Assembly: GCA_964495695.1 (NCBI GenBank)
Contig: CAZBWR010000011.1
Span: 1,032 to 65,031, forward strand
DNA: 64,000 bases
DNA from: an uncultured Chitinophagales bacterium
GTDB lineage: Bacteria; Bacteroidota; Ignavibacteria; UBA10030; UBA6906
Direction: 5' to 3'
Both the position numbers and the translations under genes were made by a program. The notes beneath the pieces were generated by a model. It saw only the letters and a list, made by a program, of their open reading frames with translations, did not search any database and was not told the origin of the DNA. Below are positions 8,807 through 17,347 of the stretch, in pieces (within the stretch, counting starts at the first letter, position 1; every line of letters begins with the position of its first letter).

Positions 8807-9259
8807 ATGCCGCTCCGCAAAAAATCAGGCCCGCAAATCGCTCCGTCCCTTTCGAGATCCCTGACCGATGCCGCGAACGACGCGAAGACGAAAGCGTACG
8901 CTCCTTACTCACGATTCAGAGTCGGATCGGCGTTGCTTGCTGAAGATGGTACCGTGTTTACGGGATGCAATGTGGAGAACAGCTCGTTCTCCCTCACAAT
9001 TTGCGCCGAGCGCAATGCATTGTTCAAGGCAGTAAGTGAGGGACATTCAGTGTTCCGTGCTATTGCGGTAACATCAGATGATCCCGGCTTTCTGACGCCG
9101 TGCGGTGCTTGCAGACAGGTTTTATCGGAGTTCGCGCCGGACATTGAAGTGATTCTTGCGACAGCATCAGGGAAGATAAAGAGAACGAATCTGAAGGAGC
9201 TTCTTCCCATGCCCGCCAATCTTAAGAAGCTCGGAAGATCCCGTCGCAGGCGGTCATGA
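8807..9259 (+). CDS. cdd: Cytidine deaminase (homotetrameric type)
   Basis: AYAPYSRFRVGSAL, GCNVEN, ICAER, PCGACRQ zinc motifs. Confidence 0.95.
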   Translation: MPLRKKSGPQIAPSLSRSLTDAANDAKTKAYAPYSRFRVGSALLAEDGTVFTGCNVENSSFSLTICAERNALFKAVSEGHSVFRAIAVTSDDPGFLTPCGACRQVLSEFAPDIEVILATASGKIKRTNLKELLPMPANLKKLGRSRRRRS

Positions 9260-9579
9260 GAGCTTCTCCCGACTCGTTTCGGGTGATCTGGCGGACGGTT
9301 GCCCGCATCCCGAGGGGAAAGGTCGCTTCGTACGGCGATGTAGCGCGGGCCAGCAATCTTCCCGGACGGGCTCGGCTTGTCGGCTACGCCCTCCGCGGTC
9401 TTCCTCCCGGCATGGAGATTCCGTGGCATCGCGTCATCAATTCGCAGGGAAGAATCTCCTTTCCACCCCGCTCGTCCCCGTACAACCGCCAAAGAGAAAT
9501 GTTGGTGAGTGAAGGAATCGTATTCAAGAATGGCAAGGTCGATATGAAACAATTCGGCTGGAAAAGGTATCGAAGATGA
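9256..9579 (+). CDS. atl: Alkyltransferase-like protein (ATL/YbaZ, O6-alkylguanine binding)
   Basis: IPRGKVASYGDVA, ARLVG, and PWHRV (Trp replaces the MGMT active Cys). ATGA overlap with cdd. Confidence 0.92.
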   Translation: MRASPDSFRVIWRTVARIPRGKVASYGDVARASNLPGRARLVGYALRGLPPGMEIPWHRVINSQGRISFPPRSSPYNRQREMLVSEGIVFKNGKVDMKQFGWKRYRR

Positions 9580-10523
9580 ACCGGACGGACAGACTGCTGG
9601 CAATTATCCTCGAGTTGCAGAGAAAGAAGGTGGTGCGCGCCGGGGATCTTGCTGCGACGTTTGAAGTGACAAAGCGCAGTATCTACAGGGATATTCAGGC
9701 GATCAGTGAAGCCGGAGTTCCTCTGGTCGCTGTCCCCGGTCGTGGGTATTCGATCATGGAGGGGTACTTCCTGCCTCCGCTCAGCTTTTCACAGGATGAA
9801 GCAATGATGTTGATTCTCGGGGCTGAGTTTGTCGGGACGAGGTTCGACTCCCAATACCGGAAAGCCGCAACAGAGGCTCGCGGAAAGATTGAGGCAGTGC
9901 TACGTCCCTCACTTCGAGCTGAGGTGGATTCGTTGCGTGAGAACATCCAGTTTGTTTCGTTCGAGTCCGGGCAATCCGCCACATTGATTGAGCATCTGCG
10001 ACTCGTGAGAACGGCGATCATAGAAAAACGCTCGATCACATTCAAGTATCAAAAGCGTTGGAGTACGAAAGAAAAGGAACCGAAGACCCGCACCGTGGAT
10101 CCGTACGCGCTGCTTCATCTCGGATCCAATTGGATGCTTGCGGGGTATTGTCATCTCCGACATGATATTCGCAGTTTCAGGCTGAACCGGATGACCGGAT
10201 TGATTATGACAAATCGATCTTTCGAACGAAAGCGTAACTTCAAACTTGCTCAGCTCGCCGAGGATCGTGACCTGAATTTCAATGCCAGAGTACATCTTGC
10301 ATCGGGTGCTGCACGATGGCTCGACGAATCACTTCCCTACAAGGTTGTTGGTAGGGAGAAACGGCGCGACGGTGTTGTTCTGCGCATCGCCACTTCTAAA
10401 GAAGAACAACTTGTGGCCTGGATCCGCAGCTGGGGCCCGGAAGCGACGGTGCTGGAACCTTCCTCGTTGCGTCAACGCCTTAAAGATGAGGCGCAAAGCG
10501 CTCTTCAACGGTACACAGATTAA
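9576..10523 (+). CDS. YafY-family HTH-WYL-WCX transcriptional regulator
   Basis: MNRTDRLLAI, FEVTKRSIYRDI HTH, RTVDPYAL..GSNWMLAGYCHLRHDIRSFRLNR WYL domain, WIRSWG..A.VLEP.SLR WCX tail. ATGA overlap with atl. Confidence 0.95.
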   Translation: MNRTDRLLAIILELQRKKVVRAGDLAATFEVTKRSIYRDIQAISEAGVPLVAVPGRGYSIMEGYFLPPLSFSQDEAMMLILGAEFVGTRFDSQYRKAATEARGKIEAVLRPSLRAEVDSLRENIQFVSFESGQSATLIEHLRLVRTAIIEKRSITFKYQKRWSTKEKEPKTRTVDPYALLHLGSNWMLAGYCHLRHDIRSFRLNRMTGLIMTNRSFERKRNFKLAQLAEDRDLNFNARVHLASGAARWLDESLPYKVVGREKRRDGVVLRIATSKEEQLVAWIRSWGPEATVLEPSSLRQRLKDEAQSALQRYTD

Positions 10524-10543
10524 TTTCTTGCCTGAAAAGTTGC

Positions 10544-10576
10544 TGACATAATGCTGTCACAAGGCGGTTGTATCTT
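10544..10576 (+). promoter_or_regulatory. Candidate WYL-activator-dependent promoter: TGACA-N6-TGTCA palindrome, TGTCAC-N10-TATCTT
   Basis: Perfect 5-bp IR at 10544-10548/10555-10559. -10 TATCTT at 10571-10576, the same hexamer as the mraZ and rplU promoters. No TTG -35. Confidence 0.7.
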
Positions 10577-10620
10577 CAAGGTGAAATTCATCACAAAAAG
10601 AACAACCCAAAGGAGGCAGT

Positions 10621-10938
10621 ATGGGCGACAGGAATTCTGTCGTTGAATTGGCAATCATCAGAATGAAACCGGAAGCGGTAAGTTCGATGCCCGAAATGAG
10701 ACAGTTGCTGCAGAAGTGGCTTGAAGGAGTTCCCGGATTTCTGAAGTACGTGCCGTATCAGTCATTTGAGGATTCATCAGTCTTTGCTGATTACTTGGAG
10801 TGGGATTCACTCGAGAGTGCAAAGGGAGCGGCCAAGCATTTTGCAAACTCGGCGGCGGGGGCGTCTCTTATGTCAGGTGTCGAGGCGACACTCTTCTTCG
10901 GCCACTTCGTTCCCACACCGATGAAGGAGCAAGTATGA
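10621..10938 (+). CDS. ABM-like dimeric alpha/beta-barrel protein
   Basis: AAGGAGG RBS. PGFL...S......DYLEWDSLESA pattern. Confidence 0.7.
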   Translation: MGDRNSVVELAIIRMKPEAVSSMPEMRQLLQKWLEGVPGFLKYVPYQSFEDSSVFADYLEWDSLESAKGAAKHFANSAAGASLMSGVEATLFFGHFVPTPMKEQV

Positions 10939-11513
10939 GCGGAAAAAAATCCGGAAAGCGGGTCCGTTGTTCGTGGTGTGGAACCGATCCCGTGTATGTC
11001 CTGTATCATGACAGGGAGTGGGGAGTCCCTGTCCATGATGACCGCAAGCTTTTTGAGATGCTGATATTGGAAGGGGCTCAAGCGGGCCTGAGCTGGATCA
11101 CCATTCTGCGGAAACGGGAAAACTACAGAAAGGCATTCGATAATTTTGACCCGGTAAAAGTTGCCCGGTATGATCGCCGGAAGCTTGCGACGCTCTTGAA
11201 GGATGAAGGAATCGTACGCAACAGGCTGAAGATCCAGGCTGCGGTGACGAATGCCAGGGCGTTCCTTGCAGTGCGGAAGGAGTACGGGAGCTTCGACCGC
11301 TATATCTGGCAGTTCGTCGGGGGGAAGCCGAAGAAGAATTCTCCGAAATCCCTCAAAGATGTACCCTCAAAATCACCGGAGTCGGATGCTATGAGTAAGG
11401 ACCTGCTGAAGCGTGGCTTCAAATTCGTCGGGTCGACGATTTGCTACGCATTTATGCAAGCAACGGGGATGGTAAATGACCACACGGTCGACTGTTGGAA
11501 GTACAAACGGTGA
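10935..11513 (+). CDS. tag: DNA-3-methyladenine glycosylase I
   Basis: RCSWC, YHDREWG, LEGAQAGLSW, IVRNRLKI, GFKFVGSTICYAFMQATGMVNDH. ATGA overlap with the upstream gene. Confidence 0.97.
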   Translation: MSGKKSGKRVRCSWCGTDPVYVLYHDREWGVPVHDDRKLFEMLILEGAQAGLSWITILRKRENYRKAFDNFDPVKVARYDRRKLATLLKDEGIVRNRLKIQAAVTNARAFLAVRKEYGSFDRYIWQFVGGKPKKNSPKSLKDVPSKSPESDAMSKDLLKRGFKFVGSTICYAFMQATGMVNDHTVDCWKYKR

Positions 11514-11524
11514 GCCATCGGGGC

Positions 11525-12514
11525 TCAGTTGTACGGTTTCCGATCAAACATAATCCGGTTGAGCCTCCGTTGTTCATCATAATAGAATTCCATGATGAAT
11601 GGCTGTGGAGTGTCAGTCATGCCAAATCGCTCCAGTAGCTCCGGTCTTGTCGAGAACTGCAAATCACGCAGAGTCACCACGGTATAATTTGCCTCGTTTC
11701 GCATCGTGACGTAAGGATGTCTGGCGAAAGTCAGATATCGTCGCACAAGTTCATGACTCATTGTAGTATCAACGAGCGGTCCACTTGCATTGATGTGTAT
11801 CGAAAAGGAAAGAGAGTCATCAAACACCGAAAAGAACGCCTGGTGCACGCCCCTCTCAGTCTGCACGAGTCCATTCCACCTGAAGATGCTGAAGGGTTGG
11901 GGTAGAGCGGAAGAGTAAACGGGAACAACTGCGCGCTGCGCCGCTGCTTCATGTACACGTTTCAAGGCAATCGTCTGTAGGAATGCCTCAAGGCTGAGAT
12001 ATGCGATCACAAACACTAACGTGATCCGGACAAGGATTCGTGCGCGCCGCTTCAAGATCTTGGCTGACAAGAGAAGGAGCGCCATGCTGCCGGTAAACAC
12101 CGGGTCGATGATGAACATCCAGTCGAGCGCGAAGCGCTTGTCGCTGAGAGGGTAGAGAATTCGTGTGCCGAACGTTGTGATCAGGTCGAAGAAGATGTGA
12201 ACGCAAATCCCGATAAGCGCAAAGCTCCAGAGAAGGCGGAAGTTCTTTACGGACCCCAGCTTGTAGGTGATCGCTGCCGGCAACAGGGCAAAGACCGGGG
12301 CGAAAACCAGGGAGTGCGTCAGTCCACGGTGGTGCATCACGTAGGAGAAATAGTCGGTAAACAGCCGTAGTGCCGCATCGATATCGGGGAGGTTTGCGCA
12401 CACGACGGTTAACCAGAACAGGGTCCGGTGGTGCTGCCCGGGCACGATGCCGGAGGAGGAGGTGAGCACTTTCGCGGCTACAGCGCCTGTCAGGGAATGT
12501 GTAATATTGTCCAT
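11525..12514 (-). CDS. YdjM-like membrane-bound metal-dependent hydrolase
   Basis: MDNITHSLTG, NLPDID, HRGLTHS, HIFFDLITTFGT, FIIDP motifs. Confidence 0.88.
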   Translation of the reverse strand: MDNITHSLTGAVAAKVLTSSSGIVPGQHHRTLFWLTVVCANLPDIDAALRLFTDYFSYVMHHRGLTHSLVFAPVFALLPAAITYKLGSVKNFRLLWSFALIGICVHIFFDLITTFGTRILYPLSDKRFALDWMFIIDPVFTGSMALLLLSAKILKRRARILVRITLVFVIAYLSLEAFLQTIALKRVHEAAAQRAVVPVYSSALPQPFSIFRWNGLVQTERGVHQAFFSVFDDSLSFSIHINASGPLVDTTMSHELVRRYLTFARHPYVTMRNEANYTVVTLRDLQFSTRPELLERFGMTDTPQPFIMEFYYDEQRRLNRIMFDRKPYN

Positions 12515-12694
12515 AATAAAGATGAAGCAGAATTAATTGAGCGGTACGCAAACAGAAGAGGAAATCGCTTGCGTCGCCGAAATCAGAGCCGTGCGCAGGT
12601 TGTATTCTCCAGCCGAATCGCGTATTTTGAGCATTCTTAGTTCAAGGAACGGGCGTTCCATTCACATATGTATCATAAAAAGGAAATCGATCAG

Positions 12695-13384
12695 ATGAAA
12701 TACGCGTTGAGTGTGTTGATGAGCGTTGTGCTGTTGGCGTGTCAGGGCAATACACAGAATAAGACCGAGTTGAAAAGCACACAGGATAGTGTGAGCTACG
12801 TGATCGGGATGAATATCGGCCAGAATATGAAGGCCCAAAACGTTGATGTCACGATCGGGGCGCTGGCGCGCGGTATTCAGGATGTTCTCGACAGCAATAA
12901 GACACTCATTACCGACGAACAGGCTGATGTGTTGATGGGCGCGTTCCAACAGCGAATGATGGCCAAGCAAGAGGAAGAAGCAAAAGCCTCAGGAGACAAG
13001 AACAAGATGGAAGGCGATGCGTTTCTTGCTGCGAACAAATCGAAGCCGGGCGTTAAGGTGACGGAAAGTGGATTGCAATACAAGGTTATCACGATGGGCA
13101 ATGGGCCGAAGCCGAAAGCCGACCAGACGGTGACAGTGCACTATCGCGGCACAACCATCGACGGCACGGAGTTCGACAGTTCGTACAAGCGCGGACAACC
13201 GGCGAAGTTCGGAGTCGGTCAGGTAATCAGAGGTTGGACGGAAGCAATGCAGATGATGCCGGTAGGTTCGAAGTGGGAGCTCTACATCCCCTCCGAGCTA
13301 GCGTATGGCGAGCGTGGTGCGGGTGGGTCAATCGGACCGAACGCTACATTGATTTTTGAAGTTGAGTTGCTCTCAGTGGAGTAA
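12695..13384 (+). CDS. FKBP-type peptidyl-prolyl isomerase (FkpA/Mip type), lipoprotein
   Basis: LLAC lipobox, DSVSYVIG FKBP_N domain, SGLQYKV, VHYRG, FDSS, VIRGWTE, YGERG. Confidence 0.95.
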   Translation: MKYALSVLMSVVLLACQGNTQNKTELKSTQDSVSYVIGMNIGQNMKAQNVDVTIGALARGIQDVLDSNKTLITDEQADVLMGAFQQRMMAKQEEEAKASGDKNKMEGDAFLAANKSKPGVKVTESGLQYKVITMGNGPKPKADQTVTVHYRGTTIDGTEFDSSYKRGQPAKFGVGQVIRGWTEAMQMMPVGSKWELYIPSELAYGERGAGGSIGPNATLIFEVELLSVE

Positions 13385-13407
13385 TTCCACTGTTGCCGAA
13401 AAGTGAA

Positions 13408-13446
13408 GCCGCCGGGTCTTGGGACACGGCGGCATTAGTTTTTTTG
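13408..13446 (+). terminator. Probable intrinsic terminator
   Basis: GCCGCCG...CGGCGGC followed by a T-run, between convergent genes. Confidence 0.55.
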
Positions 13447-13465
13447 GGTCACGGGTTCAGTGCAG

Positions 13466-15772
13466 TTAACGTCCTTGTGTACCGCTTCGCAAAGCGTGAA
13501 GTAGCGCATTTGCCTCGGGAAAATCGGGTCTGATGTACAGCGCTTGCTGCGCTGCCCGTTCTGCGCTCTGAAGGTCACCCCGGCGCGCAAGAAGCGTTGC
13601 GAAGTTGAGCCACGCTGCGGGGTTTCCGGGCACCATGGAGACTACCCGGCGCATTACAGTGTCGGCTTCTGCCAGCCGGTTCAGCCTCATGAGGCATACT
13701 CCCCAGTCGGCCCAGATGTCCGGTTTTGCCGGTAAGAGATTCGCTGCAGTACGGAAATAGTGCTCGCTGTCGCCAAGCTTTCCGCTTGCCGCCAGGGCCC
13801 GCGCAATACCGTGATGCGACTTTGCTCTAAGAGTATGCAAGTCCTCACCGAACTGTTCCTTTTCGGTGCCGATGGAATATTCAGGTTGTGTTGCATCTTC
13901 CACTCTTCGCAGAACGTTCCTGTACATGGAATCAGCCGACGCAAGCCGTCCAGTTTGCAAGTGAATTCCGGCAAGAAGATAATCACCGTACAGAAAGTCC
14001 TCCCCACACGCCTCTCTCCCGCGCTTCAACGCTAGTTCCGCCTCAATCATGTTGTGGTCGACCAGATGGGTCTTTGCCGAGATAATATAACCTCCCGGAG
14101 CGAAGGGGCGTGAGCGTATCGCTTGTCCGGCATAGAAGGCCGCAGAGTCAGTCTGCTGCTCGTTGTAGAAGAGATGTGCAAGATTGACTTGCGCAAGGTA
14201 CGGATTTCCTGAAGAGGCGGCACGAAATGCGTCGGCAGCCTCGGAAGTTCTTCCCAGTCGCCACAGAGTGGCGCCGTAGTTGATCTGGGTGCTTGAGTTC
14301 AGCGGATCAAGTTGCGCAGCCCGGCCAAGAAGTTCAGCCGCCGTCCGTAAGTCACCCGATTCAAGAGCGGCACGTCCTTTAATCCCGTCATCTCCGGCCC
14401 CCACGTCGCGTTGTACTCCTGCGAGGTTTGTGTTGACGAGAAAAATCCCGACGAGGAGGAAAAGAACTGCAACAGCAAACTGCTGCCAGCGGCGCGCACG
14501 CAGGAGCTCCCATCCTTGACTGACAGCGTATCCGGCAAACAGACACAGCACCGGAATTGCGGGAACACGGAATCTGTCTGCAACAAAGAATGCACTCGTT
14601 ACGAGCCAATAGAGTAGAAGGAAAACCAGGAGGAGCCACGCTCGATGATTGGTTCTGGAGAGGAGTGCGCCGGCAATGCCTAGCGGTGCGACGAGCCAGA
14701 ACCCGACCGGAAGGAATGACAAAACCCTTGATTCCCGTTCGAACCAATAGTAACTCAAGTTATTGGGAATCTCGATACGCGTCCAGAAGAGGTAGAGTTT
14801 CTTCAATTGAAGCTGAATGAACTCCAGCGGCTGATTACGTGCGAAGGACCAAGCCTTTGAATACCAAAAGGAAGAAACCTGGGAAGGAGTTAGATCGTTT
14901 TGCCCGGTTTCACGCTTGGCTGCGAACTCGACCTCCTTGTTCTGTCCCCATACCTCTCCGAGCTCAGGAATCCAGGAACTCATCCCATCGGCCTGAGGAT
15001 TGTTTCCAATGTAATAGTTGATGCCCCCTTGCGAGGCAATCAGCACGAAATCCCCGCCGACCATACCGTTCCTGAGTGTCACGACCGCAATGGGTACTAA
15101 AAAGGAGACAACCAGTGCTGCGAGAGATGGTAACCGTTGCCGGGAGGTCCGAATCTGAAACCAAAACAGTAAGAAGAACAGAAATGGAGCCAGAACGAGG
15201 AACGTCGGTCTCATGATGCAAATGAGACCCGCCAATCCACCTGACATCGCCATGCGTTTCCAGTCCGGTTTACTCTGTGTGTGTATTGCCAGGGCAAGCC
15301 AAAGCAGTACAAGGAAAGCAAGGGGAGAATCAAACAGGAGCCGCCCCTCGAAGAAGATCATCACCCCGTAGAAGGCAAGAAGAAGCGATCCGACTACAGC
15401 TGCGGTTTTGCTGAATAGCGAACGCGCGATGACATACACAAGAAACACGGATGCGGCACCGAGCAAATGCTGGAGTACACGAATAATGTCCGCCGTATGG
15501 CCGAACAGCGAATAGATAATCCCTACCGCGTAGGGATAGAGCGGGGCGCGGAAAAAGACCTGCGAGCCGACGAAGTCCCCTGCGGCAATGGACTCCGCCC
15601 ACCGGTCGTGATACAGCTCGTCGAGTTGGAGATGTTCGACAAGCGGGTTGCCGCGCATCTCAACGTGATATGCAACGCGAAGAGTTAAAGCGAGCAGGGC
15701 AATGCCGAATGCGGTCATCAATTCTCGCGGCGTGAGCTTGAGAGATTTGGATACAGAATGTAGTATGCTCAT
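13466..15772 (-). CDS. GT-C membrane glycosyltransferase (ArnT/PMT_2-like) with C-terminal TPR repeats
   Basis: LDELYH, FFRAPLYPY, multiple TM helices, GGINYYIGNNP, FVADRFRVP, then helical TPR repeats. Confidence 0.85.
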   Translation of the reverse strand: MSILHSVSKSLKLTPRELMTAFGIALLALTLRVAYHVEMRGNPLVEHLQLDELYHDRWAESIAAGDFVGSQVFFRAPLYPYAVGIIYSLFGHTADIIRVLQHLLGAASVFLVYVIARSLFSKTAAVVGSLLLAFYGVMIFFEGRLLFDSPLAFLVLLWLALAIHTQSKPDWKRMAMSGGLAGLICIMRPTFLVLAPFLFFLLFWFQIRTSRQRLPSLAALVVSFLVPIAVVTLRNGMVGGDFVLIASQGGINYYIGNNPQADGMSSWIPELGEVWGQNKEVEFAAKRETGQNDLTPSQVSSFWYSKAWSFARNQPLEFIQLQLKKLYLFWTRIEIPNNLSYYWFERESRVLSFLPVGFWLVAPLGIAGALLSRTNHRAWLLLVFLLLYWLVTSAFFVADRFRVPAIPVLCLFAGYAVSQGWELLRARRWQQFAVAVLFLLVGIFLVNTNLAGVQRDVGAGDDGIKGRAALESGDLRTAAELLGRAAQLDPLNSSTQINYGATLWRLGRTSEAADAFRAASSGNPYLAQVNLAHLFYNEQQTDSAAFYAGQAIRSRPFAPGGYIISAKTHLVDHNMIEAELALKRGREACGEDFLYGDYLLAGIHLQTGRLASADSMYRNVLRRVEDATQPEYSIGTEKEQFGEDLHTLRAKSHHGIARALAASGKLGDSEHYFRTAANLLPAKPDIWADWGVCLMRLNRLAEADTVMRRVVSMVPGNPAAWLNFATLLARRGDLQSAERAAQQALYIRPDFPEANALLHALRSGTQGR

Positions 15773-15964
15773 GTGCTGATTCTGTGGCTGCTATTCTTCC
15801 AACCAAGTTAACGACCGGAGGGTGCGGTAGATTCCAATCTATCCAACAAGCCTGCAAGATTCAATCTTCAATTCCGGATGCCGCAGGAGGGTTTGTTCGG
15901 ATTGATACTGGTGAGCCAATTCCGTACCTTGCCATCTCATAAACAGTTTTGCCGGGTAAATGTG

Positions 15965-17347
15965 ATGAGAGATGCATCGGCGGATGATACGATAGCCGCA
16001 TTGGCGACTCCTCCCGGTGAGGGAGCGATCGCTGTAATCCGTTGCAGTGGCAATAATGCAATAACGGCAATAGATTCGGTGTTCGCGGGGCGACGGCCTC
16101 TTTCAGTGGCTGCGGGCTACACTGTCCATCACGGCACATTGCGTTCGGCAGCAGGCGAAATGATCGATGATGTTCTCGTGACGGTCTTCCGCAAGCCCCA
16201 CTCCTATACAGGAGAGGACTCCATCGAAATCAGTTGCCACGGGGGAAGGATTGTGGCAAACGAAGTTCTCTCCCTCATCCGCTCGCTCGGAATCCGAATG
16301 GCGGAGCCGGGGGAGTTTACGAAGCGCGCTTTCCTGAACGGAAAGCTAGACTTGTCCCAAGCAGAAGCGGTTGCAGAGCTGATTTCCTCTAAGAGCAAGG
16401 CAAGCTATCGCGCGGCCATAGACCAGCTTGAAGGTCGATTCTCGGCTGAGCTCCGTTCTCTTCGTGATGAAATTCTCCAACTTACCTCCCTGCTTGAGCT
16501 GGAATTGGACTTCAGCGAAGAGGGAATAGACCTGCTGCAAAAGTCGGAACTGCGCATGCGAATTAGTAAGACGAGGGCTCGCATCAGAGGCATGATCGAC
16601 ACCTATAAGAACGGGCGGGTCTACAGGGAGGGTGTCAAAGTTGCAATCGTCGGCAAGCCTAACGCCGGTAAGTCGAGCTTGTTCAACGCGCTGCTTCGCG
16701 AGAACCGAGCTATCGTGGCAGAGATCCCCGGAACAACGCGGGACTTTCTTGAAGAGAATGTGTATCTCGATGGTGTCCAATTCAGATTAACCGATACAGC
16801 GGGCTTGCGTGACTCACTAGACCCCGTAGAGACGGAAGGCGTAGCACGCGCCAAAAGCCTCTTGGGGAGATCTGACCTTGCTGTTCTTGTAGTGGATCCG
16901 AGTGACCCGGTTACAGTCGAAGATGTATCCAGAATTTCGAACTCTGTCGGCGACGAGACGCGTGTTCTCGTGGCGCTCAACAAGTCCGATCTTTCTCAGG
17001 ATAATGTTCTTAAGGATGAATTTCCGGAAGAGATTCGAGTTGTAAGGGTATCGGCAAAGACGGGATCGGGATTGACTGACCTAAGGTCGGCCCTTATTCG
17101 TCTTGGGTTGGGCGACCACCATCATCAGGATGGCGTCTTGGTGACCAGTGATCGTCACAAAGGCCTTCTCGTGAGGGCTGAGGTTTTCCTGACGCAGATG
17201 GAAGTTGCCGCCGGATCAGGTCTTTCGGGCGAGTTCATTGCTGTCGAAGCCCGTGGCGCAGCTGACAGTCTCTCGGAAATAATCGGCGAAGTTACAACAG
17301 ATGACGTGCTAAGCAGTATATTCCAGAAATTTTGCATCGGGAAATGA
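15965..17347 (+). CDS. mnmE: tRNA modification GTPase MnmE
   Basis: [55 protein letters not shown]-terminus. Confidence 0.98.
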   Translation: MRDASADDTIAALATPPGEGAIAVIRCSGNNAITAIDSVFAGRRPLSVAAGYTVHHGTLRSAAGEMIDDVLVTVFRKPHSYTGEDSIEISCHGGRIVANEVLSLIRSLGIRMAEPGEFTKRAFLNGKLDLSQAEAVAELISSKSKASYRAAIDQLEGRFSAELRSLRDEILQLTSLLELELDFSEEGIDLLQKSELRMRISKTRARIRGMIDTYKNGRVYREGVKVAIVGKPNAGKSSLFNALLRENRAIVAEIPGTTRDFLEENVYLDGVQFRLTDTAGLRDSLDPVETEGVARAKSLLGRSDLAVLVVDPSDPVTVEDVSRISNSVGDETRVLVALNKSDLSQDNVLKDEFPEEIRVVRVSAKTGSGLTDLRSALIRLGLGDHHHQDGVLVTSDRHKGLLVRAEVFLTQMEVAAGSGLSGEFIAVEARGAADSLSEIIGEVTTDDVLSSIFQKFCIGK

